Positions 18,842 to 27,574 of a DNA stretch of 64,000 bases are shown here, in pieces. This DNA comes from an uncultured SAR86 cluster bacterium (GTDB lineage: Bacteria > Pseudomonadota > Gammaproteobacteria > Magnimaribacterales > D2472), in contig CACNXK010000002.1 in assembly GCA_902624425.1 (NCBI GenBank), positions 17,873 to 81,872 of the forward strand, read 5' to 3'. The notes beneath the pieces are model-generated. The model searched no databases. It was not told the origin of the DNA and saw nothing but the letters and a program-made list of their open reading frames with translations. The translations under genes were made by a program, and so were the position numbers. Every line of letters begins with the position of its first letter. Within the stretch, counting starts at the first letter, position 1.

Positions 18842-20034
18842 TATCCTGATGGGAGCTCAAGCACTCTTTTAGAAATTACATTTAGTTGTACTTCTGAGGT
18901 GCCGCCTTCTATGGAGTTACCCTTTGTTCTAAGCCAAGCTCTTGTAAGATTTTTTTCACTATCATCAAACTCGTTTCCATCCCATGCAAGTCCATTAACT
19001 CCAGAGGCAGCAACCATAAGCTCATGCCTTCTTTTATTATGCTCAGTTCCGTAGTATTTGAACATTGAAGCTACTGCAGAAGCTTTACCTCCCTCATCTG
19101 CAGCTCTTTGAAGGGTCAATCCAAAGGCATGTTCTTTCATTTTATGGTCTATAACCTTCGACCTAAATATAGGATTTGATATTTTTCCTTCATCTTCACC
19201 AAAATGTTTTTTAGCTAATGAAATAACATCTTTTTTGCTACCCATTCCAGCTGCAAGCCCAAAGTTAGATATAAATTTTCTTTCATGCTGCAGCAATTTT
19301 TTTGCAATTGTCCAGCCTGCATTAAGTTCACCTACAAGATTCTCTTTTGGAACTTCAACGTTATCAAAAAATGTTTCACAAAACGGTGATTTTCCACTGA
19401 TTAATGTAATAGGTTTTGTAGAAACCCCCGGATTTTCCATATCAATAAGTAAGAAGCTTATCCCGCTATGTTTTGGTTCTTTTGGTCCAGTTCTAACAAG
19501 TGCAAAGATCCAATCAGCTTTATCTGCATATGATGTCCAAACTTTCTGCCCGTTAACTAAGAAATGATCTCCCATATCTTCTGCTTTAGTAGCAAGACTG
19601 GCTAAATCTGAACCTGAGCCAGGTTCTGAGTATCCCTGACACCATCTAATTTCACCTTTAATAATTTTAGGAAGATGTTCCCTTTTTTGGGATTCATTAC
19701 CATACTCAAGTAAAACAGGGGCAAGCATCCATATACCAAAACTAAGAAGAGGAGCACGAGCTCCAATAGCAAACATCTCTTCGTTAAGTATCTTTACTTC
19801 TTCCTTGTTTAGACCACCGCCACCATACTCTTTTGGCACCGTGGGCATAGTCCATCCTTTTTCTCCCATTCTATCGAGCCATAATTTTGAATCAGGATTC
19901 TTATAAACAGCTTTTCTTCCTCCCCATACTTCATCAATAGGTGTTTCTGCAGGTGCTCCAGCTCTCATAGTTGAGGGGCAATTTTTATCAAGCCAATCTT
20001 TGACTTCAATCCTAAAATTTTCTAAGTCGCTCAT
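18841..20034 (-). CDS. Acyl-CoA dehydrogenase family protein, long partner of second ACAD pair
   Basis: 397-aa ORF with VPKEYGGGG, WCQGYSEPGSGSDLASL, NGQKVWTS and IEGGTSEVQLNVI. It is paralogous to 3412..4638. Confidence 0.85.
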   Translation of the reverse strand: MSDLENFRIEVKDWLDKNCPSTMRAGAPAETPIDEVWGGRKAVYKNPDSKLWLDRMGEKGWTMPTVPKEYGGGGLNKEEVKILNEEMFAIGARAPLLSFGIWMLAPVLLEYGNESQKREHLPKIIKGEIRWCQGYSEPGSGSDLASLATKAEDMGDHFLVNGQKVWTSYADKADWIFALVRTGPKEPKHSGISFLLIDMENPGVSTKPITLISGKSPFCETFFDNVEVPKENLVGELNAGWTIAKKLLQHERKFISNFGLAAGMGSKKDVISLAKKHFGEDEGKISNPIFRSKVIDHKMKEHAFGLTLQRAADEGGKASAVASMFKYYGTEHNKRRHELMVAASGVNGLAWDGNEFDDSEKNLTRAWLRTKGNSIEGGTSEVQLNVISKRVLELPSG

Positions 20035-20153
20035 ATTTTTTTAAAATGTAAGTTAATTGAAGGATTAATTTTTAAATATTTTCCATTGAATATCAAGAAA
20101 TGATCCTCAAAAAACGGTTAATAAAATCTTTTTTAGAGATGTATAATTCAGTT

Positions 20154-21008
20154 ATGTTTAAAAAAATTGGAATAATTTATAAGAAATCTTTATCTTTTGA
20201 TACAGATATATCTGCTCATATAGAAACTATTCTTTCACACTCTAAAGAATTGTATTTCCATGAATCAGCTGAAGATGCTCCAAAAGATTTTCCAAAGCTA
20301 TCTAAAGATGAGCTTGGCGATCAATCTGATTTAATAATTGTATTTGGTGGTGATGGAACAATGCTTTCAACTGCAAGAGACTTTATTGGTTATGACATGC
20401 CAATAATGGGCGTAAATTTTGGGCAAGTTGGCTTTCTAACAGATAGCTCTGAAAATAACTTTAAGAAATCAATTGATGATGTTTTCAATGATAACTTTAA
20501 AATAGAAGACAGATCCTTTGTAAAAGCAGAATTTGATGACAAAGAAATTTTTGGACTTAATGAAATAGTTCTTCACTCAGGATCTTATGCGCAAATGATG
20601 AAATTCAGTGTCAGCGTTGATGATCAACTCATTTTCGAAGAAAGGGCAGATGGATTAATTATTTCTACTCCGACAGGATCTACTGCATATTCATTATCTG
20701 CTGGAGGGTCAATAATATATCCCAATCTAAAAGTTTGGAGCATTATTCCGATGTTGCCGCATAATCTTTCCTCAAGACCCTTTATTATTTCTTCTGATAG
20801 AAAAGTTGACATACAAGTAACTAGTGGCCCTGATAAAAATGCATATATTTCTGCAGATGGCCAAAGTGAAATACCTATAACTTACGGTACAAAGGTAAAT
20901 ATATCTGAAAAAAGTGATGTCCTTAAATTAGTCCACCCCTCTAATTATAATTTCTTTGAAGCATGTCGTGATAAGCTTGGCTGGGCATTAGATGTTACTA
21001 AAAGATAA
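20154..21008 (+). CDS. nadK: NAD kinase
   Basis: Motifs IIVFGGDGTML, NEIV and ISTPTGSTAYSLSAGG are present. The longest ORF starts at 20100. I prefer the ATG at 20154 (MFKKIGIIYKK), which matches the usual NadK N-terminus. The start choice is uncertain. Confidence 0.85.
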   Translation: MFKKIGIIYKKSLSFDTDISAHIETILSHSKELYFHESAEDAPKDFPKLSKDELGDQSDLIIVFGGDGTMLSTARDFIGYDMPIMGVNFGQVGFLTDSSENNFKKSIDDVFNDNFKIEDRSFVKAEFDDKEIFGLNEIVLHSGSYAQMMKFSVSVDDQLIFEERADGLIISTPTGSTAYSLSAGGSIIYPNLKVWSIIPMLPHNLSSRPFIISSDRKVDIQVTSGPDKNAYISADGQSEIPITYGTKVNISEKSDVLKLVHPSNYNFFEACRDKLGWALDVTKR

Positions 21009-21010
21009 TC

Positions 21011-21640
21011 TTGCAAACCTCAAATAAAATATTTATCTGGTTAATTGCTTTAGCTTGTTTAGTATCATTTTCTTCAAGCTTTGGCTCCAAACTAAATCTC
21101 ATAGAGCCAATATTTTTTAATAAATTTCTGATAAGTTTTAATCAAATTCAATTTTATAACTTTCAAACGACCTATCTAATAAGCAATGAATGGTGGAGAC
21201 TCATAACACCAATGCTTATACACTTTTCTCCCACGCACCTAATATTTAATTGCTTATGGATTTATATTTTGGGTAAGGAAATAGAAAATTTTGATGGTAA
21301 ATGGCTTTTTTTGGGCTTAATTATTATTACCTCAGCTTCAAGTAATTATGCACAGTATGCCTTTTCTGGTCCATCAATATTTGGAGGTCTATCTGGAGTT
21401 GTATATGGACTATTGGGCTTTTGTTTTGTTCAAGAAACATTTTCAAGAATTAATAAATATTCATTCCCTCCGGCAATTTATTTATTCATGTTTATTTGGT
21501 TGTTTATTGGCTTTACAGGATTCTTAGATCTATTAGGTTTTGGAAAGATAGCAAATTTTGCTCATCTTGGAGGGCTAATTTCAGGAATCATATGTGGTTA
21601 TTTATTTCAGATGTATAATAGTCGAAAAAATTATGAGTAA
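21011..21640 (+). CDS. Rhomboid family intramembrane serine protease (GlpG-like)
   Basis: 209-aa polytopic membrane ORF with a TTG start. It has the catalytic context GLSGVVYGL (GxSG) and FAHLGGLISG (His). Confidence 0.8.
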   Translation: MQTSNKIFIWLIALACLVSFSSSFGSKLNLIEPIFFNKFLISFNQIQFYNFQTTYLISNEWWRLITPMLIHFSPTHLIFNCLWIYILGKEIENFDGKWLFLGLIIITSASSNYAQYAFSGPSIFGGLSGVVYGLLGFCFVQETFSRINKYSFPPAIYLFMFIWLFIGFTGFLDLLGFGKIANFAHLGGLISGIICGYLFQMYNSRKNYE

Positions 21641-22484
21641 ATCAAATTTAAAGCAAGCTGTTTTTCCAGTTGCTGGACTTGGATCTCGCTTTCTTCCCGT
21701 TACAAAATCAATCCCAAAGGAGATGCTGCCAATAATTGACAAACCTTTAATTCAGTTTGCAGTTGAAGAAGCAATTGAAGCCGGAATTGAGGAGATTATT
21801 TTTGTAACAAGCCATACTAAAAAGGCTATAGAAGACTACTTTAGTATGAATTATGAGCTTGAACACAGATTAAAAGATGCAGGAAAATCAGAAGTTGTTG
21901 AAATTATTCATCCCAAGTATTTAGATGAAATAAAATTCTCATTTATAAGACAAAGTGAGCCAAATGGTCTGGGGCATGCGATTCTTCAAGCAAAACATAT
22001 TATTACAGATGATTTTTTTGGGATTATTCTTGCAGATGACTTAATTTTGTCTGAACCAGGCTGCTTAAAGCAACTCCTTGAAATTCATGAGAAAACCCAG
22101 TCCTCGGTTCTTGGAGTTTTTTCTGCTTCAGAAAATCAAGTATCAAATTACGGAGTAATTAGCTCAAAAAATATTGATGGTGTAGAAAAAGTTGATGGCA
22201 TTGTTGAAAAGCCTAAACCTGCTGATGCTCCATCAAATTTAGCTGTGTTTGGAAGGTATATATTGTCAAAAAATATTTTCTTAAATATTGAACAAACTAA
22301 ACCCGGTTTAAATAATGAAATACAACTGACTGATGCAATTCAAGACTTAATTTTAAATGAAGATGTTTTTGCATTAGAGTTTGAAGGTAGAAGATTTGAT
22401 TGTGGAAGCAAAGAAGGCTACATTTCAGCAATTATAGATAGGGCTTCAAGCATTGATAAATTCAAAAGCATAATAGAAAAATAG
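21633..22484 (+). CDS. galU: UTP--glucose-1-phosphate uridylyltransferase
   Basis: The N-terminus AVFPVAGLGSRFLPVTKSIPKEMLPI is typical of GalU. The ATG at 21633 is preferred over the longest-ORF start at 21594. 8-nt overlap with the rhomboid gene. Confidence 0.9.
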   Translation: MSKSNLKQAVFPVAGLGSRFLPVTKSIPKEMLPIIDKPLIQFAVEEAIEAGIEEIIFVTSHTKKAIEDYFSMNYELEHRLKDAGKSEVVEIIHPKYLDEIKFSFIRQSEPNGLGHAILQAKHIITDDFFGIILADDLILSEPGCLKQLLEIHEKTQSSVLGVFSASENQVSNYGVISSKNIDGVEKVDGIVEKPKPADAPSNLAVFGRYILSKNIFLNIEQTKPGLNNEIQLTDAIQDLILNEDVFALEFEGRRFDCGSKEGYISAIIDRASSIDKFKSIIEK

Positions 22485-22485
22485 A

Positions 22486-23469
22486 TTGAAAGCTTTTATT
22501 AAGATTTTTAGATTCTTCCCACCGGAAACCGCTCATCATTTAGCTTTATTAAGTTTAAAGATTTTAAATAAAGTTAAGCTTTTAAAGCTTTTCCTTCCAA
22601 CCATTAAAGATTTTGATAATCCTAAAGAATATTTCAATCTTAAATTTAGAAACACTCTGGGCGTAGCAGCTGGCCTTGATAAGAATGGCGATTATGTGGA
22701 TGAACTTGAATTGCTTGGATTTGGATTTATTGAGCTTGGAACAGTTACGCCAAAACCTCAAGAAGGAAATCAAAAGCCAAGAGTATTTAGGTATCTCAAT
22801 CAGCAAGCAGTTGTCAACAGACTTGGATTTAATAATAAAGGAGTTGAGCATTTAGTTTCTAAAATAAAAAATAAAAAATATGATGCAGTAATTGGGGTTA
22901 ATATTGGAGCCAACAAAGAAAGCACAAATGATCAAAGGATTGATGATTATGCTTACTGCTTTGAGAAGGTATATAAATATTGTGATTACGTCACTGTAAA
23001 TATCTCCTCACCAAATACTCCAAAATTAAGGAAACTCCATAATCCAGATGAACTTGAAAAGATTTTTAAAAGAATTAATGAAATAAAATCTACAAATCAG
23101 ATTGATATTCCAATTTTTTTAAAAATATCACCAGATGAAAGTGAAGAGACCATTCTTAAAATTACTAACATATACGAGACTTTAGAAATTAATGGGTTGA
23201 TAGTTTCCAATACTTCGATCGAAAAGGACATTCTTGAGGGATGTTCTCATGAAGGCGGGATTTCTGGTAGACCTTTATTTAAAAAATCTAACCAACTTCT
23301 AAAAAGGATACATGAATCTGATAAAGATATTTTTCTAATTGGTGTAGGCGGAGTTTTCACAAAAGAGGATTACAGAAATAAGTTAAAGCTTGGTGCTAGC
23401 TTAGTACAGATTTATACGGGCTTTATTTTAGAAGGACCTGCAATTATAAAAAATATTTTATTAAAATGA
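22486..23469 (+). CDS. pyrD: Dihydroorotate dehydrogenase (quinone), class 2
   Basis: 327-aa ORF with a TTG start. Motifs are GFIELGTVTPKPQEGN, NISSPNTP, KISPD and GGISGRPL. Confidence 0.9.
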   Translation: MKAFIKIFRFFPPETAHHLALLSLKILNKVKLLKLFLPTIKDFDNPKEYFNLKFRNTLGVAAGLDKNGDYVDELELLGFGFIELGTVTPKPQEGNQKPRVFRYLNQQAVVNRLGFNNKGVEHLVSKIKNKKYDAVIGVNIGANKESTNDQRIDDYAYCFEKVYKYCDYVTVNISSPNTPKLRKLHNPDELEKIFKRINEIKSTNQIDIPIFLKISPDESEETILKITNIYETLEINGLIVSNTSIEKDILEGCSHEGGISGRPLFKKSNQLLKRIHESDKDIFLIGVGGVFTKEDYRNKLKLGASLVQIYTGFILEGPAIIKNILLK

Positions 23470-23906
23470 ATAGCTATATCATCATAGGTTTAGTGATATT
23501 GTTTTTATTAGGCACGATTAATCTTATTATGCCCACAAAAAAAACACGCATGCTTTCAGATTTGAGACTAAAAGCAAGAAAAAAAGGATTTCAAATATCC
23601 TCCTTAACCTCTAAACAAAAGTTTGTTACAAAAAATGTAAAATTCGTGGGCTATACCCTAAAAAACTTGAGTAACCTAAAAAATGCACACTATATTGTTA
23701 AAGAATCTTCTCTTGCTTTATATGATCCAATAAAACTTAAATTTGAAGATAACTTTGAAGAAATAGAAAAAAAAATATCCAATTTACCTGACTCAATACT
23801 TGAAATTATTTTCAATGATTCATACATATCGTTTTTATGGAATGAGAACCTCGGCATTGATGAGTTGGAGAAAATTGAAAAACAATTAAAGAATTTTTCT
23901 ATATAA
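23466..23906 (+). CDS. Hypothetical membrane-anchored protein
   Basis: 146-aa ORF with one N-terminal TM helix (IIIGLVILFLLGTINLI), then a basic stretch (KKTRMLSDLRLKARKKG). ATGA overlap with the pyrD stop. I recognise no family. Confidence 0.5.
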   Translation: MNSYIIIGLVILFLLGTINLIMPTKKTRMLSDLRLKARKKGFQISSLTSKQKFVTKNVKFVGYTLKNLSNLKNAHYIVKESSLALYDPIKLKFEDNFEEIEKKISNLPDSILEIIFNDSYISFLWNENLGIDELEKIEKQLKNFSI

Positions 23907-23961
23907 TCTCTTGCCAAAATTGTCAGAAACATGTTATTTCTAAAAAGAGAGAGTTAAATTT

Positions 23962-26562
23962 ATGTCTAAATCACTTGTTATTGTAGAATCTCCTGCGAAG
24001 GCAAAGACGATATCAAAATATCTTGGTAATGAATATATTGTTAAATCAAGTGTAGGTCATATCCGAGATCTGCCTAAAGGAAAATCTAAAGCCAAGAGAC
24101 AAAATTCAATTCCAAAAGATGCTAGTCCCGAAGAAAAAGCAAGATTAAAGGTAGAGCAAGAAAGAAGAAGAATAATTAGGAGAATGGGTGTAAATCCAGA
24201 TGATGGATGGACAGCTAACTATGAAATTATTCCTGATAAAGAAAAAGTAATTAAAGATCTAAGAAAAGCTTCAAAGGAAGTTGAGAAAGTTTATCTTGCT
24301 ACTGACCTTGATAGAGAAGGAGAGGCTATTGCATGGCATTTAAAGGAAGCTTTAGGTAAAAATAAATTTGAGTATCACCGAGTTAGATTTAATGAAATTA
24401 CTAAAAGCTCAATATTAGAATCTTTTTCAGACCCTAAAGAAATAGATCAAGATCTTGTAAACGCTCAACAAGCCAGGAGATTTCTTGATAGGGTGGTTGG
24501 ATTTGAACTTTCACCGTTATTATGGAAAAAAATTGCAAGAGGCTTGTCAGCAGGCAGAGTTCAGTCTGTTGCCTTGAGATTGCTCTGCGAAAGAGAAAAA
24601 TTAATTTCTCAGTTTCAGCCTGAAGAATTTTGGGAGGTGTCTACGATCTTAAAAGATTTTAATCATGAAGAAATCCTGTTTAAGTTAAATAGAAAAAAAA
24701 GTGATCCTCTTCTAAAAGAAGACGAAGCAAAGCAGATAGAAGAGCTTGTAAATAGTTCAAATTTAGAAATATCTGAGATTACTAAAAAACCTACAACAGT
24801 TAAACCAAGAGCGCCCTTTATAACTTCTACTCTTCAACAGGCTGCTAGCTCAAAGTTAGGATTTGGCGTCTCTAGAACTATGCGTATAGCCCAAAAACTC
24901 TATGAAGCAGGCAGAATTACATATATGAGAACCGATGCTCCTAGCTTAAGTAATGACTCAATTGATGATGCAAGATTATTTATTAAAGATACATTAACCG
25001 AAGAATACTTAACTGATAAACCACGCATATATTCCAGTAAGGAAAATGCTCAAGAAGCTCATGAGGCTATAAGACCAACTAGTGCAAGCTTAACTCCAGA
25101 GAAATTGACAGGTCATTCAGAAGAAGAAGTTAAATTATATGATTTAATTTGGAGGCAATTTATTGCGTGCCAAATGCCTGATGCAAAATATTTATCAATA
25201 AATGCTAAGGTCATCCTAAATGAGTATGTTTTCAGTGCAAGGGGAAGAGAAGTAATTTTTGATGGATACACAAAAATATCTGTGCCGAATAATAAAAAGT
25301 CAGATGAGGAAAATCTTCCCAGCTTAGAGGAGGGCCAATCTCTCAAAATAGTTGAAGTTAAAAATGAGAAAAAGTTTACAAAACCTCCTGCTCGATTCTC
25401 AGAGGCAGCACTCGTTAAAGAGCTTGAAAGTAAAGGAATAGGAAGACCATCAACTTATGCAGCAATAATTTCTACTATCCAAGCAAGGGGTTACGTAAAG
25501 CTGGAAAATAAAAGATTCTTTGTTAATAAAATTGGTTTAATTGTTTCTGACAGATTGATGGAAAGCTTCAACGAAATCATGGATTATGATTTCACAGCAA
25601 ATCTCGAGAATGAGCTTGATGAAATAGCTTCTGGAAAGCTTGAATGGAAGTCAGTTTTAAACAAGTTTTATCAAACCTTCCAAGATGATCTTAAAAGTGC
25701 AGGATCAGATGAAGATGGCATGAAGCCAAACGATCCCACAAAGACAGATATTATTTGTCCTACATGCGATAAGAGCAGTATGCTTATAAGAAATTCAGCT
25801 AATGGCGTTTTCCTGGGTTGCGAAGGCTATCACAAATCTGGTGATGAACAATGCAAGAATACAATGAATCTTATAAGCGGAGATGAAGCAATAAGTGTTG
25901 ATGATCAAGAAGAAGCATCTAATCTTTTTATAAAGAAAAGATGCCATGTTTGCGAGACAAGCATGGATAATTATTTAATAGATGAAAATAGAAAGATTCA
26001 TGTCTGTGCGAACAACCCTGAGTGTTCAGGATTCTTGTTAGAGGATGGAAAATTCAAAATTAGAGGTTATGACGGCCCAACACTTGAATGTCATAAATGT
26101 GGTGCTGAAATGCAATTACTAACAGGAAGATTTGGTAAATATTTTCTTTGTCAAAATGATAACTGTGGAGCAACAAGACAGCTGATGAGAAATGGTGAGC
26201 CTAAACCAATTGTCATGGATCCAATAAATACAAATATTGCTTGTGAGAAGGTTGAAGATATATTTCTCCTGCGAGACAGCTTAAAGGGACTTTTCCTCGC
26301 TGCAAGTCAATTCCCCAAGAATAGAGAAACTAGAGCTATTAAGTCCTCAGAACTAAAAGTTATTGAAGATGTTAAGGAGCTTCTTCCTGAAAAGCATCAT
26401 TACTTAATAGATGGTCCTGATAGTGATCTGGACGGGTCACCTTTGATAGTTAGATATAACAAAAATTTAGATATTCATTATCTTTCTGCAGAAAAGGATG
26501 GAAAGAGGACAGGAAATAATTATTTCTTTGAAGAGGGTAACTGGCAGAGAAAAGAAAAATAA
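23962..26562 (+). CDS. topA: DNA topoisomerase I
   Basis: 866-aa ORF with LVIVESPAKAKTISKYLG, TOPRIM TDLDREGEAIAWH and the active-site Tyr context ITYMRTD. Three C-terminal Cys4 zinc ribbons are present. Confidence 0.95.
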   Translation: MSKSLVIVESPAKAKTISKYLGNEYIVKSSVGHIRDLPKGKSKAKRQNSIPKDASPEEKARLKVEQERRRIIRRMGVNPDDGWTANYEIIPDKEKVIKDLRKASKEVEKVYLATDLDREGEAIAWHLKEALGKNKFEYHRVRFNEITKSSILESFSDPKEIDQDLVNAQQARRFLDRVVGFELSPLLWKKIARGLSAGRVQSVALRLLCEREKLISQFQPEEFWEVSTILKDFNHEEILFKLNRKKSDPLLKEDEAKQIEELVNSSNLEISEITKKPTTVKPRAPFITSTLQQAASSKLGFGVSRTMRIAQKLYEAGRITYMRTDAPSLSNDSIDDARLFIKDTLTEEYLTDKPRIYSSKENAQEAHEAIRPTSASLTPEKLTGHSEEEVKLYDLIWRQFIACQMPDAKYLSINAKVILNEYVFSARGREVIFDGYTKISVPNNKKSDEENLPSLEEGQSLKIVEVKNEKKFTKPPARFSEAALVKELESKGIGRPSTYAAIISTIQARGYVKLENKRFFVNKIGLIVSDRLMESFNEIMDYDFTANLENELDEIASGKLEWKSVLNKFYQTFQDDLKSAGSDEDGMKPNDPTKTDIICPTCDKSSMLIRNSANGVFLGCEGYHKSGDEQCKNTMNLISGDEAISVDDQEEASNLFIKKRCHVCETSMDNYLIDENRKIHVCANNPECSGFLLEDGKFKIRGYDGPTLECHKCGAEMQLLTGRFGKYFLCQNDNCGATRQLMRNGEPKPIVMDPINTNIACEKVEDIFLLRDSLKGLFLAASQFPKNRETRAIKSSELKVIEDVKELLPEKHHYLIDGPDSDLDGSPLIVRYNKNLDIHYLSAEKDGKRTGNNYFFEEGNWQRKEK

Positions 26563-26654
26563 AAAAACCCTTGAAATCTTTTAAAGACTTATTAAATAAA
26601 AAGAGTAGCTTGCTTTTTATTAAGTTGGTGTTACGCTGAACTAAATCATAAAAT

Positions 26655-26912
26655 ATGAATAATTATCTAGAATTAGCCCAATTATCCGATGGCACAATTG
26701 TCCTAAGGAGATCTGATGACAAGGATAATCCTCTAGTTAAAATAAAGTTCTCAGGTGAGTCAAAACAGTTACTTCAAGGTCAAGAACTTCATATCGCTAA
26801 AGAAATGATAAGAGCTGGTATTGAATCAATAAGCGGAAATGTTTCTGATTTTGACGAATTTTTTGAATCTCAGTTAGATAACATTAAGAAAAAAGAAGTT
26901 ACGCTCCACTAA
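26655..26912 (+). CDS. Hypothetical small acidic protein
   Basis: 85-aa ORF between topA and lexA, with no recognisable motif. Its 3' end overlaps the lexA stop by 4 nt (CTAA). Whether it is truly coding is uncertain. Confidence 0.45.
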   Translation: MNNYLELAQLSDGTIVLRRSDDKDNPLVKIKFSGESKQLLQGQELHIAKEMIRAGIESISGNVSDFDEFFESQLDNIKKKEVTLH

Positions 26913-27517
26913 TTTTCTCGGATTAAGCCTACGCTTTTTCCTTCGATAAAAAATCCTTCAGTATCTTTGTCGATATCGATTTCACTATAATCATCATTTG
27001 CTGGAATCAGTTTTATTTGTTTACCTGAAGATTGGAAATACTTTAAGGTTACTTCATCGTCTATCCTTGCTACAACTATATCTCCATTTCTAACATCAGT
27101 TGTTTTTTTGATTGCTACAAGATCATCTTCCATTATCCCCGCATCTTTCATACTAAGTCCTTTAACTCTTAAGAAGTAGTCGAAATCAGACAAGAAAAGT
27201 GATTCTTGGTAAGGAATATGTTTTTCAATATTCTCATCTGCCAGTGTAGGCGAGCCAGCAGCTACTAATCCAATAACTGGAATTGTCTCCGATTTCTCAG
27301 AATTATTATCTGTTAAATTAATTCCTCTTGATGCACCATTTTCAATTGAAATATATCCTTTTTTTTCAAGAGCTCTCAAATGACTTTCAGCCGCATTAGG
27401 TGATTTGAAACCCAGCTCTCTGCAAATATCTGCTCTAGTTGGAGGAAAACCGGTCTTTTTGATATAAAATTTAATGCATTGAAGAACTTTTTTTTGCTGT
27501 ATAGTTAATTCTTTCAT
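26909..27517 (-). CDS. lexA: LexA repressor
   Basis: 202-aa ORF with an N-terminal winged-HTH domain. It has the cleavage site VAAGSP (Ala-Gly), Ser in KGLSM and Lys in EVTLKYF. Its own SOS box lies upstream. Confidence 0.95.
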   Translation of the reverse strand: MKELTIQQKKVLQCIKFYIKKTGFPPTRADICRELGFKSPNAAESHLRALEKKGYISIENGASRGINLTDNNSEKSETIPVIGLVAAGSPTLADENIEKHIPYQESLFLSDFDYFLRVKGLSMKDAGIMEDDLVAIKKTTDVRNGDIVVARIDDEVTLKYFQSSGKQIKLIPANDDYSEIDIDKDTEGFFIEGKSVGLIREN

Positions 27518-27523
27518 AATTTT

Positions 27524-27543
27524 TACTGAATATATGTACAGTA
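27524..27543. promoter_or_regulatory. LexA operator (SOS box) in the lexA / 5'-nucleotidase divergent spacer
   Basis: The + strand reads TACTGAATATATGTACAGTA, which fits CTG-N10-CAG. This is the gamma/beta-proteobacterial type and is close to the E. coli consensus TACTGTATATATATACAGTA. Confidence 0.85.
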
Positions 27544-27568
27544 TAAATAATATTTATCTTATAATCAA
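27540..27568 (-). promoter_or_regulatory. Predicted sigma70-type lexA promoter (-35 TTGATT, 17-nt spacer, -10 TATACT)
   Basis: Reverse-complementing 27518-27574 gives ACCAAG TTGATT ATAAGATAAATATTATT TATACT GTACATATATTCAGTAAAAATT ATG. The -10 overlaps the SOS box, as in classical lexA autoregulation. Confidence 0.6.
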
Positions 27569-27574
27569 CTTGGT

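Noticed and set aside
20053-20068. Inverted repeat TTAAT-TGAAGG-ATTAA in the spacer between the second ACAD pair and nadK, as a possible TetR-type operator.
   Set aside because: The arms are only 5 bp and purely A/T, so chance occurrence is likely. No regulator gene is nearby.
20100-20153. N-terminal extensions in the longest-ORF calls: nadK from 20100, galU from 21594, the secreted protein from 52941, and the CIA30 protein to 54412.
   Set aside because: These extensions start at alternative or poorly placed codons, overlap upstream genes or the tRNA, and add residues absent from the family N-termini. The internal ATGs give canonical N-termini or signal peptides, and the one at 52989 has a GGAG Shine-Dalgarno sequence.
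20142-20156. TATAAT hexamers 6-9 nt upstream of start codons, suggesting leaderless mRNAs. Cases: nadK (20142-20147, ATG at 20154), the 5'-nucleotidase gene (27560-27565, ATG at 27575) and aroC (33660-33665, ATG at 33674).
   Set aside because: TATAAT-like hexamers are expected often by chance in DNA this AT-rich, and matching -35 elements are weak. This would need TSS mapping, so I do not report them as features.
26563-26654. A possible terminator or small RNA in the 92-nt spacer after topA.
   Set aside because: I could not fold a convincing stem-loop plus T-tract. The candidate arms (AAAAGAG.../...TGCTTTT, TCTTTTAAAGA) mispair or leave a loop that is too small.
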